A stretch of 60,961 bases of DNA, the filler included, from Sphacelaria rigidula (taxonomy: Eukaryota), in the NCBI GenBank assembly GCA_964200075.2. It is 8 parts of 8 records of this genome, joined end to end, with 100 filler letters (N's around TTAATTAATTAA, not from the genome) between each part and the next. Parts side by side here need not be neighbours in the genome. Positions count along the whole stretch, not along the records: positions 45,798 to 53,329 come from CAXNAA020014469.1; positions 53,430 to 60,961 come from CAXNAA020014470.1; 6 more parts are not named here. One strand, 5' to 3'. Each line of letters starts with the position of its first letter. Position 1 is the first letter of the stretch. A model generated the notes under the pieces. The model was given only the letters and a program-made list of their open reading frames with translations. It did no database searches and was not told where the DNA came from. Below are positions 51,500-60,961 of the stretch, piece after piece. The translations under genes were made by a program, and so were the position numbers.

Positions 51500-53040
51500 C
51501 ACATCCACGCGGACATTTTGATCTGGATCTTTACATTTGAATAATTGCGGTTCACCACGGGAAATTGTGGACAATTTACCGATGAGCGAATGTTGTATTC
51601 ATCTGTTTGACCTCGTGAGACGGTAGGAAGAACACCCTACTGATTCGAACGCATGCTCAAGCGCTAAAAACAGAGTCAGTCTTGATCCCTGAACCATCGA
51701 CAGTTGAGCTTGGACCAGAACAGGACCTGAGACACGCGCTGTCAGCGAATGGTATCGATGTAAAAGATGACCAAACCGACCAACATCACAAGCAGTTACT
51801 TTCAGTGATCGGCACGATTACGTTCGTGAGGAAACTTACCCCAAACCTCGTAGATGTGACTGCGCAGCACTAAACGTTGGAAGCCTGAACATGACGCAGC
51901 CTTGCAGAACATAACGGTTTCTGACGAGCACACTGGTACTCAATTTCCTAGAATTTCAAAGCCATCTAAATAGATGCTTCAAGGGGAGAGGCCGGCTCGA
52001 TTTCGATCCAATAGATTGAACATTCAGCGGCAGTACTCTGTGAGACCCAGGAAATGTTTTGTGGTGGGTGTAAAAGCGATACATCAAGGCGCCCCTTTTT
52101 GTACGGTAGACATTCTATACTTGGGTGACGGATCATGCCACATTGAAATATCTGTAAAGAGCAACTGCCGTAGGACTTATCAATGGAGTTCTAAGGTAGC
52201 GAGCGCGACGCGAGAATACAAAAAAATCCAGGGGGGAAATATGCACCGTGAAATGGGTGCCGACCCTCTTGTGGAAAAAAAAAAGGGCAAGAAACGTGTG
52301 CGATTTGCTAGCCAAAGCGTAGCTTCTTCTGTGAGATCATGTAAGATAGTACACGTGGAAGGGGTTACGGTTGCAAAGGCTAGAACACAAGAGCAAGTTG
52401 GGAATAAAAAAGGTCAAGATAAGATGTTCAGCGGGGGGCATCATCACCTGGGCATCGCCCCCAAGCTGCTTTTGTAAGCAAGACGTCTCAGCAAACTAGT
52501 GAAAAGCACAGATCAAAACATTTGCCCCCAAGCCCGACAAAATTCGAGTCTTTCTTCATGTATTCGTCAGCCCGCTATCCTAGGAAGTCGGCTACGTTGC
52601 AACCTGCATCAGCGAGGGTACAGGTTTCCCGCCAGAGTAAATGGGATGGAGGTTCCAGCCATAATCATTGATACTGCTTCAGATCTCCCGATCATTAGTC
52701 CAAAGTTTATTCGTTCACATCCCACATTGAGCGAGGAGGACATTCAATCAGTCCCATCGCGTTCTATTGATCTAAGAAGCGCCGATGGTTCACCAATCAC
52801 GATAAAGGGATTTATTCGCTTTGACCTCACGCTAGGTGACATAACCTCGCCCGCCGAAGCATTTGTCCTCAGTAATCTCGGGCCAAATCTCATGCTGATA
52901 GAGAACTGAGTGATGAGCGCATTTGGAGGGACTCTCGATTAGCAGGCAGAAACTTTCCTGCAGTTCGCCTCACAGCTACTCACAGAAGAAAAGGCAGGAA
53001 ATTCATCCGACGTTCTCGGAATATGATTATTGTTCTGTCA
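51500..53040 (+). pseudogene. Ty3/Gypsy LTR retrotransposon remnant (gag zinc-knuckle trace and aspartic protease)
   Basis: 52499-52909 ARVNGMEVPAIIIDTASDLPIIS...SADGSPITIKGFIRFDLTLG...MLIEN is retropepsin-like; degenerate CF.....H....C at ~52055. Confidence 0.75.
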
Positions 53041-53070
53041 TACGTGCAGCATCGGCTGAAAATGTTACCG

Positions 53071-53275
53071 GTGTGTGTGTTGTCGTCCCTTTTACTCTGG
53101 GCGCCAGTCTACACCTTTCGGTATATGTGGGCGCATCAGCCGGGGTCACGCAGTGGGAACGTCAACACAGGAGTTTTTTTCTCTTTTTTATTCGTTTTTC
53201 ATCCCCCACCTTCCTTCTGCGATGCTTGCGCCACCTTCCTTCTGCGAGAGGGATTCAGCAGTCCTATAGCCTCTG
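53071..53275 (-). mobile_element. Same SINE family, minus-strand copy
   Basis: Reverse complement of the SINE body and tail. Confidence 0.6.
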
Positions 53276-55622
53276 CCAGACGATCTGGACAAGAGGGCTA
53301 TTCAGTGAGGGACTTCTCCAGAATCCACTNNNNNNNNNNNNNNNNNNNNNNNNNNNNNNNNNNNNNNNNNNNNTTAATTAATTAANNNNNNNNNNNNNNN
53401 NNNNNNNNNNNNNNNNNNNNNNNNNNNNNATCTGTTGCTTGCCTTAGTCGTTCGACCATTGACCACGCATCCCTTTCGAGACGGAGCACCGTTCCTCCTG
53501 CTCTCCTCGGACGCATTGGTATCCTTAGCTTAGACCTTTCTGCGCGCATTCCCCTGTTCACCCCCCCTACGGCGTTGTCGTCCGTTGGCAACAACGCTGT
53601 GAAACACGCCACTCATGCGTAAGCTAGGCGACCATGTTGCCGATTTTTTTTTGCGCGCTTGCGTTTTTCTTGCGGTCACCATGATGGTGGTCGAGCTAGA
53701 TCATGTTGTGCGGGATGGGAAAATCTCGATTCCGCGCAAAGAAGATCATCATACTACGTGATGTTTGAATGGTGAGACACTCATGAGGCAGTGTGGACCC
53801 GCCGCTGTCTCTGAAAGTGGCGATACCAGAAAAATCGAGCAACTCATTGGAGGCTGTCATCCAAATGCAAGATAGTCAGTACGCTTCGGGCCGAACAATC
53901 TTAGCAACATGCAGCTCACCCTTCATGCGACTCGCCGAACACATCGCGGGGTGATTGATTGCGAGCCTGGTCCGGCTAAAACCCGGCGTGATCCGTCCCG
54001 ACTTTGTAGGGATCCGAGGTAAATGTTCTCATGACTATGGCATGCAAGATCATGAGTATGCCCCTCCCCCCCGCGCTCTTTTAGTTGTCGTCTCTGTTGT
54101 GCTGATTTCCTTGTTGTCCCGTTTACTCGCAGAAGATCGGCTGCCCCCCTCTTCGTCGTTGTGCCACGACTTCATTAACCTTTCCGCTCTCTGCACAAAC
54201 ATCATATCGTTGTACCCAGTAGAGGTCCTGGGGAAATTTTAGGTTTGGAGCGAAGCCCTGAAGGAGGGGAGTGACTATTTTTATTGTTGTGGCTGGTAAA
54301 TTTGGTCACTTTTTTCTTGTGCAGAAGGCGTACATATAAACTACCTCGCGTGGTAGATTTACATGACCGTTTGGAAAGAGACCACCTAACCATGGAAGAA
54401 CAGAGACGAAGGACATGTTCTTCGCTCTACCCCTAGAATTTTCCCCCTACCTGGCCCCTGTCGTATGTGTTTTCCAGGGTGTGAAGTGTTTCCAACGCTG
54501 GTGACGAGAGTTGCTCAGTCCCCCAGTGTTTTTGCAGCCCTCACGGTGTATCTTGCTCAACCACATTGTGGGGTGCATATTTTGGCTTCGATGCGTCAAG
54601 CAATGAGGTCATAAAATGGCTCTTTCGCGAGACCAACAACGCACGGCACAATATGATGTCCACATGCACACTTCAGAGTTTGGGGGTGGAAACGCCACAC
54701 AACCGCTTGCGCACATCCTTGATGCTCGCCCACAGTGGAAGCAAGCGCACTCGATCAGAGCTGTCGTACTTGAAGCGGAGTCAAGCTATTTGTCTATGTG
54801 TGTGCGTCCTACTGTGGCTGTACATGATGCTGATGCTGCATGCACTGAAATGATGGGCACACCTTTACTCCTCGAAACCCTCCGCGCACTGACAACCGTG
54901 CTCTCAGTAATGCCGCGATAGCCCCCCCCCCCCCCCCCCCAAAAAAAACGGCGTGGGGGGGGGGAAGAAAAAAACGACAAAAAAAAACAAAAAAAAAGAA
55001 ACACCGATCAGCTGGGAACTCCCATGCTTGGAATCGTTTTCGACAATTTCACCCATTTGACGGGTTTCATGAGTTCTGAAACCAGGTATCATGCGCCGTA
55101 TGGCTATTTTATTCGTGGCAGTTTTTTTTTTCTTGAGGGCGGGCTATCGCGGCATCACTCGTTAATCTTTTTTGACGCTGCGTTTTCGATACAAGTAGCT
55201 TATTTTCTGAACTTGAAGCCGAAGCTCCCTTTGCGTGAATCCTGATTTCCCTCGCACGGTCCGTGGACGACGACGTCATTAACGGATATTGTCGCACTTC
55301 GCACGTGTGTATTTCGTCCGATCTTGTCATGTGTTTCGGTGGGTACGGCTGTGCAGCGGAAGCGCAAATGCGATGGGCAACGTCCTTGCTCCGCTTGTGT
55401 AGAGGTGAGGAGGTGGGTCTAGAGTCATTTATTGCCTGTTGTATCTACGGTATGGGACACGTCCCCACGGCATGTCATCGATTCGTCGGCACGGAGCGCC
55501 AGGCTGCTACTGTCTACACTTGAGCTCATGTATGGGTACTTGCAACGTGAATTGGATGCTGTAGAAAGTCACCGCTCCTGCGGACCGTTTCCCGTACAGG
55601 ATTAGGGATGGGTAGATGAAAA

Positions 55623-55967
55623 CCGGTCGCCTCGGTGACTCAGTTAGCCTTCTGATGGTTGGGTCGTGGATTCGAATCTCAGTGATTTCACACAATCTGG
55701 GATGTTGTTTCACACTTTGCCCGACCGTGGAGAGCGACTATGTCGTGGGTACACAAAATTCGACCTCACGGTCAACGAGGGAAAGGGATAGCTGAACCTC
55801 TTTCGCGATAAAGAATAAGGCAAGCACAGCAGAAGGAAGGTGGAGGACCCAAAACAGAAGAAAAAAAAACTCCGGCGTTGGCCTTGCTACTGCGTGACCC
55901 CGGTCGATGCACCAATGTATACCGAAAGGTCTAAACTACCGTCCAGAATCGATGGGATAACAACACA
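55623..55967 (+). mobile_element. tRNA-derived SINE, near full-length copy (~345 bp)
   Basis: Head ccggtcgcctcggtgactcagtt...gattcgaatctcagt is shared with 1767; tail ...gaaaggt..ac..cgtccagaa..gatggga..acaacaca is shared with 17925 and 53071. Confidence 0.7.
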
Positions 55968-57765
55968 GGTGCGGGAGTAGCGAAACAAATCAGCATCCAA
56001 TTCAGTCTTGTGGGGGAGGGATTTCGTGAAGTTACAGTAGGACGTACAGTATGCAAGAACCCCCCACAGGGATGGGATAAGATATGTAAAAGGTGTTGTG
56101 TAATGTACGAAAGAAACGTATGAACGTCCAAGTGTTGGAGGTGTTTCCATTGGGGGTAGGGACGGTGCTCCGTCTCGAAAGGGGGCGTGGTCAATGACGA
56201 AGGCAATAAACTAATGAGCCCCCCCCCCCCCACACACACACTCACGGCTTCGCTATTTTTGAGTGCAGATTCGCGCAAGCAGTCAGTGCGTCTACAGCCC
56301 GAGACTCAAAGGCGGACGTAAGAAGAAGGTAAGAGGCGAGTGAGCACGCTGTTGTCTCAAGTCTGTGCTCGTTCTGTGCTGAACGTGCAGCGACCGTTGC
56401 CGACGAAATGCAGAAAGTGCGCATGATGACGCATGCTTTGAACGTGCGCTGTATGGGACAAAATAACCTTTCTGCTAGACCAACGAGACTTGATAAAAAT
56501 GTGCTGCCGTGAGGTCTACATATGCAAAACGCGCGATGCTCGCGAGGCAGCGTACCGTAGGCATTTTGAAACACAGGCTTCTCCTCTAGGCCTCTCCACC
56601 CCCTTAGTCCATATTTTCGCGCTTTTAGGTTGAATTTAGTGTTGACGCATATTTTTGTAGGGTTTTCCGATGCCCGAGGAAAAGAGGCGTAGGCTCTTAG
56701 CGGAGTGAGGTTGTCAAGTGAAAACGCCTTTGGGCAAGCCCAGGAGACGTCGTACAATCACCAGGTGAGCGTATTTTGGCTCATGCTCTTGAAATATGAG
56801 ATGAACACCAATCACGTACTGTCTACAACCGCGGAAAACATCGTCGCAGGGTAACCTGCGAGAGTAGTATGGTCTTTTTCTGATAAATTGGCTTACCTTG
56901 TATAAAGTTGTTCATGCTTATTTTTATTCAGACCCTGGGGATTGCAGTGTAGTGGATATTGTTCTTTCAGGCTGTAAGTTTGGTAAATATGAGTATGTGG
57001 TGAACGTGACGGCAAGCGGGCATGTTGGTGTTTCTTGTGGGCGGGGAGGCATGCGGCACTGCTGTCGAAAGCTGGCACACACACTTTTTGATGCAAAGGA
57101 GCGTGTACCGATGTGAAGGCTGGTTTCTGCGACAAGGATGGAGAAGGAGCGGGCGTCGATAGACGGGATAGGTCTGGTTGAGCCCCATGGACGAAACATT
57201 TGAAGACCAAAACTGCAGTGCATCACTGGTAGAATGCACGATATATATATGTCATGCTAGGTTTGCGTACGGTACCCGAAATCATGGAGCTCCCAGTAGT
57301 TACTGTTCGAATCAGACCACTGAGTCAGCAGTCTCTTACGTGCGCAACATGTCACGTCAGCCGTAACAGACATTGAATCACCGGTCGACTGTCGAGTACA
57401 GTACACTGCGATACAAGAACCAAGTTATGATTATTCGATTGTCCCGCTTCACCGTGTTTCGAGTTTTGTAATGCAAGGTTGACACGGCATTCTGCCACAG
57501 TGTAGTACCATACCGTACCCCCATGACCATGCAAACTGATACGTGATCGCCACGGAGTACTTCCTGATTACAAGTGTGCCGTCCACGGTCGGATATTCCT
57601 CCTGCTATGCACCTGCGGCTGCGGCGGAGGTGCGGTGTGATGTTGCCACGCTGTGCAATAAGTATATCGTATGCCCATCTTGGCACACGCAGTCATTATT
57701 CTTTGTTGGCGTACTGTACTCGAATGACCCCCAACTACATGTATCTACTGCGTATCACCTGGTAG

Positions 57766-58239
57766 GTGCGTATCGACGACGTCTTTTACAAGGAAGGAAC
57801 CGGCCCGCTCGTAGACGGATCCGGCAGGCTCGCCCTAGTACCTAGTGACGGTGGTTGGCCGCGAACCGGGTACTCCATGGTAGACTCTTCTGCGGGACGA
57901 TTCTCTCCGTCGGGTGCCGTAGGCCTTGCAGGCCATGTCGAAAACTTTTTCCTTGCAGCGTATCTACGCGATTTCAATCGCGTCGTTCGCCTTACCACGG
58001 AGAGCAGCGTCACGGAGGGGATGTTGGAGGCGCTGTCCCCAATCGTTCCGTCTCGGGGTCTGTCGCAGACGAGTCCCATCCCTCAGCCGGAATCCAGGCG
58101 GCAGGCGAAGTTGGCGGTATTTTGGGGCGTCGTGGCGATGGGGTCGAGAATCATGAAGGCTGAAGATGGGGCAACCGCCCGCTTTTTGAGTCTCATGCGC
58201 GCTGCGCTGCGCAGGTGCTTCGACAGCACGGACAAGGAG
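57766..58239 (+). CDS. Brown-algal family protein (similar to Ectocarpus Zn2Cys6-type regulators), exon
   Basis: ggtAG|GTGCGT, 474 nt, phase 0, GC donor GAG|GCGAGT; SPSGAVGLAGHVENFFL...LTTESSV resembles the family motif recalled as SPATGLVG..EN.FL...LTT. Confidence 0.7.
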
Positions 58240-58635
58240 GCGAGTGCGTATGTGTGCATGTATTGATGTATGTGTGCCATGTCCCACGTGCGCGAGCGGG
58301 GGTGTGGCTGGGGGTTTACCAATAACGTTCTTTTTCTCGAGAAATTAGAGTATAGTGTGGATTCTACAGTACCAATTTAGAAGCGCTTGTCTACCAATGA
58401 CATCTTCGATGTTTCGGCCGGAAACGTGGTTCGGATCTGTAGCCGTCAACCCTCATTGATTACTACATGGGATCAGCTGCGAACGGTAGGCACGAACCAC
58501 CTTGATAATACGTTCTGCGATTATCGTGAGCCATAAAAGTTCGCTCATTCAGGTTCACCACGTACGCCATATATTTGAGCTACACTAATGCAACCCTCCC
58601 TCCGCCCCCCGCATTTTCTGATATGCCTAATACAG

Positions 58636-59145
58636 GTGGTCCAGGCCTATGTCCTGCTCTCCACATTGGAAACAATGCGCGGGAACACCGAGGCCGGAAC
58701 GCGGTACCTAGACCACGCCCATACCATGCACAACGCCAATGCTATGGGACCCGATGGGAAGCTCCGGCAGGACCGACCAGAGCAAGAAGAGGCCCTCGAT
58801 CTCGTTTTCCAGATCTATGACCAGCCGAAGGGGAGCGTGGTGTTGATGCGCACCTGCAACTCGTCAGACCTCTTTCCCCCGTCCTCATCGTGCCATGAGG
58901 GTGAAGATGCGGTGGCCGCTTCCGCGGCTGCGGCGCAAGTGGGCGAGCGAATCTCTTCGAGCGCAAGCGCAGTAGACCAGATGATCGCCCAGGCGATGTC
59001 ACCCCCGTCTGAGTCGCAGTCAGGGTCTCTCAAGGCTCTAAAGTACCTGGGTACTGCCTGTGGACTGTCGGCGGAGGTGTTCGATCCTACGGTCAAGTGC
59101 GTTACTGTCGAGCAGTACCTTGGAGAGATGGATTCTGCCCTCAAG
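58636..59145 (+). CDS. Same gene, next exon
   Basis: tacAG|GTGGTC...CTCAAG|GTGCAC; 510 nt, phase 0, VVQAYVLLSTLE...EMDSALK. Confidence 0.7.
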
Positions 59146-59500
59146 GTGCACCCGCGCATCAATAGTGGATGCCTCACTGCTATCTCATCCCTGGTCGGTT
59201 TTACAGCAACAGACACAGGGACTCGGTCTTTTATTGACAGGATTGTGAAGTTATTATTATACGATCGGGTCCTCAGTCAGCCGACGTTGACGCACACGCT
59301 TGGCGGTAGCGGTGCGAAAGCATGGTACAACAGAGATGCGTCGTATTGATCGGTATTGTTTTGACGCGTCACGCAATGCTTGCGCCTGCCTCACAACGCT
59401 TCCATTTCGTGGACCTTCGTCACTTGTGGAGTGTATCGAAAGTTCGAAAGATAAACTTCTGAAGCGTCGTGCCCTTTGCGTACCTTTTGCGCACGGACAG

Positions 59501-59697
59501 GGTGCAGACCGCGTCTTGCGGCGCACCGACCTGAGCGAGTGCATCACGGGGGTGGTGATGGTGAAGATATTTGGAGGGGTGACGTTGGTGCTGCAGTCAT
59601 GGGGTAGGCAGCAACAGAAGGAGATGGGACTGGCGCAAGTTGAGGAAGGGGTCGGCTACGCGCTCACTCGCCCGGGGCTGATGACGTTTCCCTTGTG
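59501..59697 (+). CDS. Same gene, next exon
   Basis: gacAG|GGTGCA...TTGTG|GTGAGG; GADRVLRR...RPGLMTFPL, ends in phase 2. Confidence 0.7.
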
Positions 59698-60466
59698 GTG
59701 AGGGCGAAAACGGAGCATACGAGCAGAAGTCTCTTTTTTTAGTGGTCTAATGGTACAACTAGAGCCATCGGCTCGGAAGATTCCGGATTCGATTCTCGGC
59801 AGATAAATTTGAGGTGCCACTGGATAGTGTATGATTTTCATTCGGAAACGTGAGGGCGTAAGGATAAAAAAGAGATGATTTGACGATGGTCGACGCGGGT
59901 GCGATAATGTTGATCTGACCCGTAATACCAAAGCACAAGGTGTAAACCGGGAGAGAGACGAGCTGATCCCTTGAGACGGCGGGCTCGTCCCGAGCAAGAG
60001 GAGGGGTTGAAAGCGTGCCGAAAAAAAGGAAAATTACCCACCAAGACCAAAGTGATGTTGTTGCCGATATTTCGGGGCTAGTGATTCCGGCATGGAGACC
60101 ACGAAGGCGATCATGCTAACCCTGGAAAAGGTCTCGAGTGCGTTCTTCTGTCGAGGGATACTTGAAACATTCTAGTGAGGTTGGGGGGCAGGATGAGGCG
60201 GATGGGTTTCCCCTTCATCGCTGCTGATGTGTTTTGTGTTTCGCCGCGTGCGCTGGGTGATGCATGTGTTATTGGTCGGGCTGCCTCCGCAGTGGTACCT
60301 ACAACATGTATCGAATGGGTTCGTCATCCGTGGATTACTCTTTCCTGTCCCGCTATTGAAGCGGCATGTGCAAGCTCCTCTCATGTTCATCCATTACCAT
60401 GGCTACATTGTTCAACCCGTTGTCTGGGCTCGTGCAAATGGCTGCACGCTCTCGTGTTATCAACAG

Positions 60467-60556
60467 GTGGCATTTCTTGCACTGCGCCGCTATCGTCCTG
60501 GCGCATTTCGGACGCCACGACACGTACACGCGTCTGCGGGCAACGTTCAACGAGAA
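60467..60556 (+). CDS. Same gene, next exon
   Basis: caacAG|GTGG...GAGAA|GTGAGC; completes the TG|G codon, then WHFLHCAAIVLAHFGRHDTYTRLRATFNE. Confidence 0.7.
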
Positions 60557-60961
60557 GTGAGCGAGTCACACTTTTACGTAATACTGCCTGGTTCGCGCTT
60601 ATCGCCCAAAATTGTGTCATCAGCAAATGCCTTTCGCAATACATGCCTAACAGTCGGTCGCATACATTATATCATTCTGACTGCCATGTACAGCTGAAGA
60701 GCGTGACATAGCCGGATTTGTGTTTAATGCCATACTGGTAGCGCTACGGGCAAAAATGTACCTCGACCAATCAGCGCCCTTCAAAATATTCCGAGGTCGG
60801 AAGTATGAATTCCAAGCCCAATTCTCATCGAATCTCCACATACTTCAAATCGTCGTAACCGCCATCAGCTCGGGAATCTAACGGGAAGAACATGTTTGAA
60901 AAAAGTTGCACGGTTAGGACGAATCATCACGGGTTCGAATCACCAAACCTACGATTTCTTC

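Noticed and set aside
7535-53429. Regular ~7.63-kb periodicity with TTAATTAATTAA
   Set aside because: Assembly linkers between length-sorted contigs; not biological. It also rules out any multi-contig system or synteny argument.

Overview
This is eukaryotic, intron-rich, repeat-dense DNA, most likely from a brown alga (Phaeophyceae; inferred from the repeat and gene families). It is not one locus. It consists of eight unrelated contigs of 7534-7532 bp, sorted by decreasing length and joined by 100-bp N/TTAATTAATTAA/N linkers, so nothing links across the linkers. Contig 1 (1-7534) has two exons of RNA polymerase III subunit RPC5/POLR3E. The region just downstream (probably the next intron) carries an antisense tRNA-like Pol III cloverleaf inside a ~650-bp LTR-like segment. 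Contig 2 has a ~42-bp hairpin tandem array interrupted by a TGT...ACA TIR element with a 4-bp TSD. Contig 3 has hAT-like MITEs and the last two exons of an unidentified gene. Contig 4 has a large low-complexity exon, possible calponin-homology-like exons and a decayed LINE RT. Contig 5 has five exons of a divergent dynein-stalk/microtubule-binding-domain protein. Contig 6 has a nearly complete but mutated Ngaro/PAT-type tyrosine-recombinase retrotransposon (gag-CCCH, RT-RNase H, YR, split direct repeats). Its gag and pol are in frame, separated by one UAG plus a GC hairpin, which is a candidate readthrough signal. Contig 7 has a terminal exon and a Ty3/Gypsy gag-protease remnant. Contig 8 has four exons of a brown-algal family protein with a GC-AG intron. 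Most short ORFs in the supplied track are spurious.
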